64,000 nt of DNA from positions 35,724 to 99,723 of the forward strand of contig NZ_JBBIQL010000019.1 of the NCBI RefSeq assembly GCF_037442345.1, read 5' to 3'. The stretch is from Rheinheimera sp. Its GTDB lineage: Bacteria; Pseudomonadota; Gammaproteobacteria; Enterobacterales; Alteromonadaceae. How positions within the stretch are numbered: position 1 is the stretch's first letter; the number at the start of each line of letters is the position of its first letter. Below, one piece after another: positions 19,764 through 28,515 of this stretch. The position numbers and the translations under genes were made by a program. The notes beneath the pieces are model-generated. The model saw only the letters and a program-made list of their open reading frames with translations. It searched no databases and was not told the origin of the DNA.

Positions 19764-20429
19764 TTAACACCAAAACGCCGTGAGGGTAAAACGGCCTGTC
19801 CTGGGGTTGTCATCGTACCGGTAATCAGCGCTGATATCCCCTGAATGCAAAGAGGAGCAGCGGTACAGCAGCAGGCGGTTTTTACGGGCCGGTATTTGCA
19901 GTACCCGCTCAAATAACAGGGTATCGCCACAAATATAGCCCTCAGGCTCACCAACCCTTTGCACGTCAGCGCCCAACTGCTGCTGATAGGCCCCAAGCCG
20001 CTGCTGGTCCACATATTCAAAGCCTGAGCTTCGGTGCCGGTAGAAACTGGTACCACCATGTTCGGCGCCACATAAATACAATACAGCCGCCAGCTCCTGC
20101 TGCACAGGCCGGTCAAAGTGTGGCAGCCGTTGCGGCAGGCTCAGCTGCTCAGCCGCTGTGGTAACCAGTGAATAAAAGCAGTTCAGCTGACGAAGCTGGC
20201 TGGGTTGCAGGTCAAACACCGGCTGTAGCACAGTGGCCAGTCGCTGCTGCATCCACTGGGCAAAACCAGGCGGGGCCGCTGAGCGCAAGCCTGGGTACAA
20301 GCCGGCGGCCTGCTGCACATCCTGTTGGGTCAAGGCGTAGTCAATCAGCGAGTCCGGTTCTGGCACAAAATCGTCCACCAGCAACAAAGGCTGCTGCTCC
20401 TGACCAAAACGCATGGCCTGACACTTCAC
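19764..20429 (-). CDS. DUF6445-family protein (predicted Fe(II)/2-oxoglutarate oxygenase fold)
   Basis: YPGLR, LPHFD (HxD), GGTSFYRH, SLHS (distal His), GRFT; paralog at 48840. Confidence 0.78.
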   Translation of the reverse strand: MKCQAMRFGQEQQPLLLVDDFVPEPDSLIDYALTQQDVQQAAGLYPGLRSAAPPGFAQWMQQRLATVLQPVFDLQPSQLRQLNCFYSLVTTAAEQLSLPQRLPHFDRPVQQELAAVLYLCGAEHGGTSFYRHRSSGFEYVDQQRLGAYQQQLGADVQRVGEPEGYICGDTLLFERVLQIPARKNRLLLYRCSSLHSGDISADYRYDDNPRTGRFTLTAFWC

Positions 20430-20441
20430 AGCTATCTCCTG

Positions 20442-21947
20442 TTAGTTCATCGCTGCAGCTTTGCAGTGCCGGTTAATAAAATCCTGATGCGAAGGCATAT
20501 AGTCCACCGATTTGCGGATCACGGCACGGATGCTGTCCATCCGTTTACCCAGTTCTTCATCACTGAACATGTCCGCCAGCGGGTGGTAGGAGGCCGGCGT
20601 AATGCCTTGCCCTAACATCACCTCAAACCAGCTTAAGTCGCTGAACATTTCCTGGTTAAAACGGAAGATCCGGCCCGAAGCACGAAATTGCTCAATTTTC
20701 TGGGTCAGCTCCTTTGGCACCTCCATGCCGCGGCAATATCGCCAGAAGGCGGAATCGTCCCGCTCTGTGGCATGGTAATGCAGGATCAGAAAATCGCGGA
20801 TGCGCTCGTAGTCAAAATCCATCTGACGGTTAAATTCATCAATGTCGGCCTGCTCAAAACGCCGGTCCGGAAAAAAGCTGAACAACTTGGAAATAGCGGC
20901 CTGCACCAAATGCAGACTGGTCGATTCCAGCGGTTCCATAAAACCACTGGCGAGCCCAATAGCCAGGCAGTTTTTCGACCAGAACTTTTTGCGTTTGCCT
21001 GTCGTGAAGTTCAACAAACGGGGCTCAGCCAGCGCCTCGCCATCCAGCTGCTGCATCAGTACAGAAGTGGCTTCATCCACCGACATATAGCGGCTGCTGA
21101 ACACATGGCCATTGCCGGTACGGTGCTGCAGCGGAATACGCCAGATCCAACCGGCTTTTTGTGCGCTGGCCCGGGTAAATGGCCAGGGGTCACCCGCTTT
21201 GGCACAAGGCACGGCCACGGCGCTGTCGCACGGCAACCACTGGCTCCAGTCGTCGTAACCGGCCTTGAGCGTTTTTTCAATCAGCAGGCCCTGAAAGCCG
21301 GAGCAATCAATAAAAAAGTCGGCCTCATGCACAGTGCCATCGTCCAGCTGCAAAGAGCGGATAAAACCATTGTCCCATTGTTGCACCGACTGTACCTTGC
21401 CTTCAGTGCGTTCCACGCCCCAGCCCTGTGCCAGTTCACGCAAATACAGCGCAAACAAACCAGCGTCAAAATGAAAGGCGTAGGCAATGTTGGATAACGG
21501 TGAATTGCCAGCGTCAATGGAACGCATAAAACGCCGCTCGTCACAGGCCAGAGAGGTTAAGGTGTACTGATCCAGCGGAGCCGCTTTGCCTTGCAGATGC
21601 TGACGCAGCCAATAATGGTAAAACTGGATGCCCTCCATGTTTTTACCCACTTCGCCAAAAGCGTGATAATAACTGTGGCCAGGTTTTAACCAGTCTTTAA
21701 ACTGAATACCCAGCTTAAAAGTGGCCTGGGTACGGCGCATAAACTCGTCTTCATCCAGCCCTATCAGCTGGTTATACAACATGATCTGCGGAATGGTGGC
21801 TTCGCCGACCCCGACTGTACCTATCTGCTCAGACTCAATCAGCTGAATGTGGCAAAACTGGTTTTTCAGCACCTTGCCCAGTGCAGCTGCCGTCATCCAG
21901 CCGGCTGAACCGCCGCCTAATACGATGATTTTTCTTAGTTTATTCAT
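20442..21947 (-). CDS. Tryptophan-halogenase-family flavin-dependent halogenase
   Basis: GGGSAG, GVGEATIP, ATFKLGI (catalytic Lys), GWIWRIP (WxWxIP), FMEPLES (catalytic Glu). Confidence 0.88.
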   Translation of the reverse strand: MNKLRKIIVLGGGSAGWMTAAALGKVLKNQFCHIQLIESEQIGTVGVGEATIPQIMLYNQLIGLDEDEFMRRTQATFKLGIQFKDWLKPGHSYYHAFGEVGKNMEGIQFYHYWLRQHLQGKAAPLDQYTLTSLACDERRFMRSIDAGNSPLSNIAYAFHFDAGLFALYLRELAQGWGVERTEGKVQSVQQWDNGFIRSLQLDDGTVHEADFFIDCSGFQGLLIEKTLKAGYDDWSQWLPCDSAVAVPCAKAGDPWPFTRASAQKAGWIWRIPLQHRTGNGHVFSSRYMSVDEATSVLMQQLDGEALAEPRLLNFTTGKRKKFWSKNCLAIGLASGFMEPLESTSLHLVQAAISKLFSFFPDRRFEQADIDEFNRQMDFDYERIRDFLILHYHATERDDSAFWRYCRGMEVPKELTQKIEQFRASGRIFRFNQEMFSDLSWFEVMLGQGITPASYHPLADMFSDEELGKRMDSIRAVIRKSVDYMPSHQDFINRHCKAAAMN

Positions 21948-21971
21948 CCGTTTTCTCAGCACGTCTTCAAT

Positions 21972-22007
21972 AGAAAAATGCGCTCTTGTTTTCACAAAAG
22001 CGCATTT
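21972..22007 (-). terminator. Terminator-like hairpin between TBDR1 and halogenase 1
   Basis: AAATGCGCT...AGCGCATTT stem followed on the minus strand by TTTTTCT. Confidence 0.55.
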
Positions 22008-22030
22008 GGCTTAGTGGCCACACCACGATG

Positions 22031-25000
22031 TCAGAAATTGGCCCGCATCACCAGTGCCAGGCGACGGTCTGAGACAAACCAGGAACGTCCGGCTTCCACT
22101 CCTTCGTCGTTGAGCATCATCAGGGTTTCAGACTGCGAGTTGGTCAGGTTAGTGCCCTGTAAACCCACACTGAAGTTGTCGCTGACATTGTAAAACAGCG
22201 ACGCATCCACCTGACCATGGTCGTCGTACCACAGCGGTGCCTTACTGATCACATCGCGGGTGGTCAGCAGGTACTTCGACCGCCAGTTGTAAGCGACCCT
22301 GGCACTCCAGCCGTTTTTCTCGTACATACCGACCAGGTTGAAGGTGCGGTCGGACTGACCCTGCAGTGGAATATTGTCCAGGCTGACCCGAATACCTGTG
22401 TCGGTGAAATCATCCCCAACCCAGCTTTCATCATCGGCATCGATCTGGTTATTTGGGACTCCACTGGCGTCAATGTAAGTAAAACTCGCCTGCATGCCTA
22501 AGCCATTCCAGGGCTCTGGCAACATGTCGTAAAACTGCTGATACGCAATTTCAAGACCATCCATTTTGCCGTCACCCGCATTGGTGGTGGTGGTGACCAA
22601 CGCCGTCTGGCTGACTCCGGTCACCGGGTTGGTAAAGCTTTGCGGAAAGGCCCCCTGCACAAAGTAGTTTTTCAGCTCTTTATGGAATAAAGTCGCACTC
22701 AATTGCCCCACATCGGCAAAGTACCATTCGAGCGCAAAGTCATACTGCACCGACTCCATCGGCTTCAGATAAGGGTTGCCGCCGCTGCCGGTCCAGACAG
22801 GCACATAAGCCCGTTGGATCAGGTTGTCCTGTGGCAATGGCGGATTGTCTTCGTCAATGTCCGTAATGGGCCGCACGGCCATAACAGGCTCAGTCCCCAA
22901 AGAGACTTTGTTGATCACATCGCCCATATCCGGCAAGGCCACGGCTTTGGAAGCGGCAAAACGGCCAATCAGTTCATCCGTCAATTCCACCTTAATGTTA
23001 AAGCTGGGTAACGTCATGCTGAAATCCGTTTCTGCTTCCAGCCGGCTGTCGGTGTCATTACCAAAAGCGCGGTCATGATCAGGCAGGTAATTGACTGCAT
23101 CCCCTATCCAGCGGTTTTCCGGAGCCCGCAGTGCCTCCTCTACCGTTGCGTAAGTGCCGGCAGCCACCTGCTGACCGACATAATCCAACACCAGTTGCGG
23201 GGTCAACTGACGGTTTTGCAGTTCGGCCGGCGGCAGGAAATCAGGCAGCAGATCAGGGAAATTGACATAACCATTGGCTTCACGGGTCAGTTTCACATAA
23301 CGCAAGCCCAGATTGCCGCTGTAACGTAAATCGCCCTGACCTTCGAAGTTCAGCTTCAGGTACACCGCTTTATTGGTTTCGGTGGTGTCGTTGATTTCGC
23401 CAGGCTGGAAAATGCCAAACTCACTGTCAACCCCGTCCCGCTCTGGGTAAGGGATCCAGGTGCCGCCGTCCGACTTATACACCTGCCGTGCCGGATTCGC
23501 GCCCATAATAGAGCGGACATAAGCTTCGGTCATGGCAATGGTTTTGCCTCCCTGAATATTCACAATGCCGCCATCGTGGAAATCAGACCAGTCCACCAGT
23601 TCATAGTCGCCAGCCAACTCAGACAGGGTATCCAGCCAGCCAGCCGGCGCGGCCCCAGTGTATTCAGGGGCCAGAGCCCCCCAGTTCCAGCTGGTGGCCC
23701 GCACCGTCTGCTCACGTTTGGCATAACGCACACCGGCCTGCAGGGACGTCAGTACCCCTTGCCCATCAAACTGATACGTGCCATCAAGTCGCAGTGCAAC
23801 CGAGTCGCCTTCGGAGCGCTCATAGTGGTCCATGGCACTGCGCAGGAAATAAGAGGTCGGGTCCTGGAAGTAATTGCTGTCACCGGCCGGGTCGCCGCTG
23901 AAGCCTGGGTAACCTGTGGCAAAATCATCCGGGTTGGCGTCCCGGGAGCCAAACCAGGGCTCCAGCAAGGTCATGGTCGGTGTGCTGCCAGTGACATTGT
24001 AGTCCTGACCGGCAAAAGCCCCGGTCATCACCACCACATCGTCATCCTGAGTGTTGGCTCTGACCACCTGAAGATCGCCGACCAGCTTCAACTGCTCTGT
24101 GGCTTTCCACTCCAGGTTTAACGAAAAATCTTCCACTTCGGTGTTGGTGTCTTTGACCCTGCTGTCAAACTGAGTGACGTAACCAAACTGATTACGGGCA
24201 TTGGTGCCCCAACCGCGGGCCACGCGGTCTACGTTGCCATCAGCAGCGCGCCAGCCATCCACCCCCTGCGTAATAATGCCGGACTCAAACAGGCCGTTGT
24301 CGTCAAACTCAAACTCTGTGCCTTCCAGCGGGCGGGAGCGACGACCATCGATATTGTAGTACCCCCCCTGGTATTTAATGGCCTGTTCATGCCAGGACAA
24401 ACGTGCATCGGAGCGGATGTACTGGAAGGTGCCAAGAAAGGTGTCGTCGGCGTTTTGAAACTGGAAGGCGGCCGAAGCCCCATTGCGTTCACGATCATCA
24501 AACTTCTGCAGTGCGTTGGCCGCATTGGGCATCCAGACCACCCCCTGACCGTCCTCACCGACAAAGTCTTCGGCGCCGGCCAGCGTATTGGCGTAGAACG
24601 GCACATAAGCGTCGGACTGAATACCATGCGACTCGCCATACAGCTGTGAATGCGCCAGGTTAAACAACAGGCCAAATTCCGCACCGCTGTCGAGCGTATA
24701 ACGGTCACTGAATAACCCAGAAATGGTCGGGCTGCCTTTTTCAGCGATATCCCCATAAGACCAGTCACCACTGATGGCCACCACCCGACCGGCCGAGTCA
24801 AAGGGCTTACGGGTGCGCAAACTGACAGTGCCACCAATACCGCCTTCAATCATATCGGCGGTCTGGTTTTTATAAATATCAACACCACCCATCAGTTCAG
24901 GTGACACGTCCTGAAAGGACAAGCCCCGACCTGAGTTGGCAGTAAATGAATCCCGGCCATTAAATTCACTGCGGGTCTGAGTCATCCCCCGGATAATGGC

Positions 25001-25372
25001 CCCACTGCCTTCGACGCTGAAATGGTCCGGGTCGTCCGGGCCAGCAAAACGCTCCACAGACACACCGGGCACCCGCTGAATGGCTTCCAGCACACTGCGG
25101 TCTGGCAATACCCCAATATCTTCGGCTGAAATACCGTCCACCACAGTGTCGGCCAGACGTTTGATATTCTGTGCGCTTTGCAGGTTGGCTCTGGTGCCTC
25201 TGACTTCAATAACTTCGGTTTTTTCGTCGCTCTTGTCTGCCGTGTTTTCCGCTTGCGCCTGCTCTTGCGCATAAGCACCGGCAGAGCAGCCTAACATGGC
25301 CATCAGCAGCAAAGACGGCCTGAATGCAGGTAAACGAACACTGGTACGGTTCGCAGCTCGTGCAACCATCAT
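22031..25372 (-). CDS. TonB-dependent receptor (glycan-locus type), about 1113 aa
   Basis: Signal peptide, TonB box EVIEVRG, plug motif DGISAEDIG..PD..V.EAIQRVPGV, C-terminal ...VMRANF; ATG at 25372/25369 with a GGGAG RBS. Confidence 0.93.
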   Translation of the reverse strand: MMVARAANRTSVRLPAFRPSLLLMAMLGCSAGAYAQEQAQAENTADKSDEKTEVIEVRGTRANLQSAQNIKRLADTVVDGISAEDIGVLPDRSVLEAIQRVPGVSVERFAGPDDPDHFSVEGSGAIIRGMTQTRSEFNGRDSFTANSGRGLSFQDVSPELMGGVDIYKNQTADMIEGGIGGTVSLRTRKPFDSAGRVVAISGDWSYGDIAEKGSPTISGLFSDRYTLDSGAEFGLLFNLAHSQLYGESHGIQSDAYVPFYANTLAGAEDFVGEDGQGVVWMPNAANALQKFDDRERNGASAAFQFQNADDTFLGTFQYIRSDARLSWHEQAIKYQGGYYNIDGRRSRPLEGTEFEFDDNGLFESGIITQGVDGWRAADGNVDRVARGWGTNARNQFGYVTQFDSRVKDTNTEVEDFSLNLEWKATEQLKLVGDLQVVRANTQDDDVVVMTGAFAGQDYNVTGSTPTMTLLEPWFGSRDANPDDFATGYPGFSGDPAGDSNYFQDPTSYFLRSAMDHYERSEGDSVALRLDGTYQFDGQGVLTSLQAGVRYAKREQTVRATSWNWGALAPEYTGAAPAGWLDTLSELAGDYELVDWSDFHDGGIVNIQGGKTIAMTEAYVRSIMGANPARQVYKSDGGTWIPYPERDGVDSEFGIFQPGEINDTTETNKAVYLKLNFEGQGDLRYSGNLGLRYVKLTREANGYVNFPDLLPDFLPPAELQNRQLTPQLVLDYVGQQVAAGTYATVEEALRAPENRWIGDAVNYLPDHDRAFGNDTDSRLEAETDFSMTLPSFNIKVELTDELIGRFAASKAVALPDMGDVINKVSLGTEPVMAVRPITDIDEDNPPLPQDNLIQRAYVPVWTGSGGNPYLKPMESVQYDFALEWYFADVGQLSATLFHKELKNYFVQGAFPQSFTNPVTGVSQTALVTTTTNAGDGKMDGLEIAYQQFYDMLPEPWNGLGMQASFTYIDASGVPNNQIDADDESWVGDDFTDTGIRVSLDNIPLQGQSDRTFNLVGMYEKNGWSARVAYNWRSKYLLTTRDVISKAPLWYDDHGQVDASLFYNVSDNFSVGLQGTNLTNSQSETLMMLNDEGVEAGRSWFVSDRRLALVMRANF

Positions 25373-25564
25373 AATCTCCCCGTTGTGTTGTTGAATCCCG
25401 GTCAAGTTGCGGCCTTTGGCCTGCTGTTGTTATGGCAACCGGGTCTGTTGTGATGCAGCTGGGCCTCTACAAAAGGCGCATAAACGCGAAGCGGCGAAAG
25501 CTGTCGGTATAGATACTGGAGTGAAGTATTCGTCAGGTCCAGCTCGTTGAAAAAAAACGGAATA

Positions 25565-25599
25565 GCAAAAACAGAATTCACACGAGAAAAATTCACTTG
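25565..25599. promoter_or_regulatory. Possible XylR-type tandem site upstream of TBDR1
   Basis: GCAAAAACAGAATT and GAAAAATTCACTTG starting 21 bp apart; weaker than the xylB/xylA sites. Confidence 0.3.
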
Positions 25600-25631
25600 T
25601 CCGACAAGCCCAGTATATCTTTCTGTTTTAT

Positions 25632-25667
25632 AAAGAAAAACCAGCCCCTGCCTCCAGACGCTGGTTT
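25632..25667 (-). terminator. Terminator-like hairpin after GH9
   Basis: AAACCAGC...GCTGGTTT followed by a T-rich run on the minus strand. Confidence 0.45.
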
Positions 25668-25684
25668 GAACTGAACTCAGGCCG

Positions 25685-27397
25685 TTACCTGAGTGGCTCT
25701 GCCGAAAACGCCGCCAGCAAATACACCAGTGGCGCATTCCAGTTGATGGCGATTTCATTGCTGGCATAGCTGCAATACTCATCCAGATAAGACAAAGCGG
25801 GCAGCTTACTGGGATACACACACTGGTCCTGCTGCCCCTGGTTGGGGCCGCCGGCCAACCAGCCGGGTACAGGCGCGTTGACTGCATCGGCTTCAGACGG
25901 CCTGTGGTGAATGTGCTGCGGGCTCTGGCGGCCAAAACCAGTGACAAACGAATAGCCGGTCGGGTTGCGGCCAAACAGGTAATCCAGCAGGTTCAGCGCC
26001 GCTTGCCGGTACGCCAGCTTGCCGCTTAGCAGGTAACCCTGATACAGCAGTACCGCCTTATTGGCCGCCACCGCATTGCTGCCCCAGATAAAGTCTGGCT
26101 GGGTCATTGCGACCCGATACGGCGACTGTTGCTCCTGGCGCAAAAACAATTCGGCTTCTGCCAGCAAGGCATCTTTCAATGGCTGCTTGATCCTGTCAGG
26201 CACCGCTTCGGATCGCAGCAGTTGCCAATAGGCCAGCGCCACAGGGTTGGCCCAGGACGCCACTTGCAGCGGCACTTTCAGCGCGGCAAACCACTGTAAA
26301 TAGGCGGACTCTCTGGTCAGTAAAAACAGCTGAGCCGCCGCAGTGGCAAATTCATCGTCCAGTGTGTTGTCGCCATAAGCGCCGGTAAACACATCGGCCG
26401 GTTGCTGATAGATGACCGCAGGGTTCGCCTTGGCCCATTGCCAGGCCTTGACTGCGCTGTCGGCATACTCCTTGGCCAGGCCCGGCAGTTGTGCATCAAA
26501 CTCCTGCAGTATCTGACTGGCTTTGGCCATCACAGCGGCATAATTCAGCGCGGCCGCCGTGGTTTTTTGCACCAGATACCGGGGGCTGTTGGCCTGGTCC
26601 GGCATCACAGTGCCATCAAAGTTCAGATTGGTCAGTTTGTGGTATACCCCACCGTCAGACGGGTCCTGCATGGTTCTCAGCCAGCGCAGATTCCACAACA
26701 CTTCATCCACTAAGTCTGGTAAGGCATTACCGGACTCTGGGATAGCCCAGTCACGTTGCCGGTAAAATGCCGGGAAGTCACTCCAGGCCTGCAACAGGGT
26801 TAACAAGGTCACCCCTGAATTCACCACGTATTTGTTGTAATCACCAGCGTCGTACCAGCCCAGGGCAGAGGACAGCACTGTGCCTTCAGGCCGCGCCGCA
26901 GAGGCGGCTGACTTATGGATACGCACCTGATGATCCGGATGTCCGGCCGCTCTGGCCCAAGGCCCGGCAAACGGATCAGTTAAGGCCATGGATGCGCGGT
27001 TAAAATAATAAGCCTTGGCAGCCGCATCATGGGCAGCGGCAAAAGGCGCAGGGTGGATCTGCACTGTCTGGGCGGCACAGCCTTCAAGTTCCAGGCGGTA
27101 TTCACCAGCCTGGGTCAGCGCGGACAGATCCAGCACACTGGCTTTGCGGCCAGAGGCTGGCCAGAGTTTCGGAGCGTCTGACTTACCGGACAGCAGAACA
27201 GTGCCCTCGCTGTCCAGCACCTGATAGAGCACAGACGATGAACCTTCCAGCACCAGCAGCTTGGGCTGTTCTGGCGCAAAACCCAACTGATTCAACCTCA
27301 GGGTCGGGCAGGTCGTTTTGGTTGTAGTGCAGCTGCTGAGCACCACAGCCAATAACAAAGCGGCTGCACTGCGCCCCCACCCGGTCACCAGCATCAT
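25685..27397 (-). CDS. GH9 endoglucanase with N-terminal Ig-like (CelD_N) domain, lipoprotein
   Basis: Lipobox VLSSC, LNQLGF, GWYDAGDYNKY, HHRPS, SYASNEIAINWNAPL. Confidence 0.9.
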   Translation of the reverse strand: MMLVTGWGRSAAALLLAVVLSSCTTTKTTCPTLRLNQLGFAPEQPKLLVLEGSSSVLYQVLDSEGTVLLSGKSDAPKLWPASGRKASVLDLSALTQAGEYRLELEGCAAQTVQIHPAPFAAAHDAAAKAYYFNRASMALTDPFAGPWARAAGHPDHQVRIHKSAASAARPEGTVLSSALGWYDAGDYNKYVVNSGVTLLTLLQAWSDFPAFYRQRDWAIPESGNALPDLVDEVLWNLRWLRTMQDPSDGGVYHKLTNLNFDGTVMPDQANSPRYLVQKTTAAALNYAAVMAKASQILQEFDAQLPGLAKEYADSAVKAWQWAKANPAVIYQQPADVFTGAYGDNTLDDEFATAAAQLFLLTRESAYLQWFAALKVPLQVASWANPVALAYWQLLRSEAVPDRIKQPLKDALLAEAELFLRQEQQSPYRVAMTQPDFIWGSNAVAANKAVLLYQGYLLSGKLAYRQAALNLLDYLFGRNPTGYSFVTGFGRQSPQHIHHRPSEADAVNAPVPGWLAGGPNQGQQDQCVYPSKLPALSYLDEYCSYASNEIAINWNAPLVYLLAAFSAEPLR

Positions 27398-28515
27398 GGC
27401 TTCACCTCGTCAACCAGGTTCAGCAGCGCCTTGACCACGGCTTTGGGTTGATTCTGCCGGTCAAACAGCAGCGCATAGTCGGTGCGCCCCTGCATAGGCC
27501 AGTTATTGCGCCAGCTTTGCTGATCATTCACCCCCCAAAGGGTAACCCGGCTGATGGTGTCGCTGTGACGCAAAAAAATACGGAACAGGCCAGTAAAGCG
27601 TTGCTGCTGCAGAGCCTCGATAGCCGCAGGTAAGCCCTGGCTGTAGGGGTTCAATTGCTGCTGCAGCTTCTGGTTCAGCGAAATATCTGCGCCTATGGCG
27701 TTATCGTCCACCCGCGGCAACACTGTGATATCCAGCTCTGTGATCATCACCTGAGCGCCGGTGGCCGCAAAGGCCACGATGGAGTCTTCCACCTGCTGCA
27801 GGTCGGGGTAATCCAGGCCATAATGGCCCTGCATCCCCACGCCAGTCAGTTTAACCCCGGCTTTTTGCAGCTGCTGCACTATACGCACGGCCCCCTGCCG
27901 TTTTTCCGGATTGTAAAGGTTGTAGTCGTTGTAATACAGCTCTGCCGCCGGGTCGGCCGCCTGAGCCAGCTGAAAAGCGGTCACAATATAGTCATCGCCG
28001 AGAATTTTCCGCCAGGGGCTGTCACGCAAAGAGCCATCGTCATTCAGCGCCTCGTTGACCACATCCCAGCCTTTGACTTTGCCTTTGTAGCGACCCACCA
28101 CTGTGTTGATATGGGTCGTCAGCCGCTGCAACAGCAGAGCTTTGCTGGCGGTTTTGCCGTCTGGCCCGGTAAAGACCCAGGCCGGGGTTTGTTGATGCCA
28201 CAACAAGGTATGGCCAATCAGCGTCGCCTGCTGCTGTTCAGCCAACTTCAGCAGTGCATCGGCCGGGCCAAAGTGAAAGTCGCCTTCTTTGGGTTGCAAC
28301 TCTTCCCATTTCATCACATTTTCAGCCGTCAGCGCGTTAAAGTGCTGCTGCACCACCCCCAGGGCAGCCGGATCCTTGCCTTCAATCTGCGCCATGCTCA
28401 ATGCGGTACCGACTAAAAAATGCGGTGCATAGGCCTGTTTTAAACTTATGTCACTGGCGGCCATGGCGCTCTGACTCAGCAGCACCCCAGCCAATAAGCC
28501 CATCACTGATTTCAT
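27394..28515 (-). CDS. GH10 endo-1,4-beta-xylanase
   Basis: Signal peptide, ENVMKW, GHTLLWH, WDVVNEA (acid/base), ITELDI (nucleophile). Confidence 0.93.
   Translation of the reverse strand: MKSVMGLLAGVLLSQSAMAASDISLKQAYAPHFLVGTALSMAQIEGKDPAALGVVQQHFNALTAENVMKWEELQPKEGDFHFGPADALLKLAEQQQATLIGHTLLWHQQTPAWVFTGPDGKTASKALLLQRLTTHINTVVGRYKGKVKGWDVVNEALNDDGSLRDSPWRKILGDDYIVTAFQLAQAADPAAELYYNDYNLYNPEKRQGAVRIVQQLQKAGVKLTGVGMQGHYGLDYPDLQQVEDSIVAFAATGAQVMITELDITVLPRVDDNAIGADISLNQKLQQQLNPYSQGLPAAIEALQQQRFTGLFRIFLRHSDTISRVTLWGVNDQQSWRNNWPMQGRTDYALLFDRQNQPKAVVKALLNLVDEVKP

Noticed and set aside
20688-21497. 269-aa plus-strand ORF
   Set aside because: Lies fully antisense to halogenase 1; consistent with a codon-bias artefact
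20442-21947. Calling the halogenases prnA/pyrrolnitrin biosynthesis
   Set aside because: No prnBCD or flavin reductase nearby; family membership does not establish tryptophan as the substrate
27655-28416. 253-aa plus-strand ORF
   Set aside because: Antisense to GH10 with no recognisable domain
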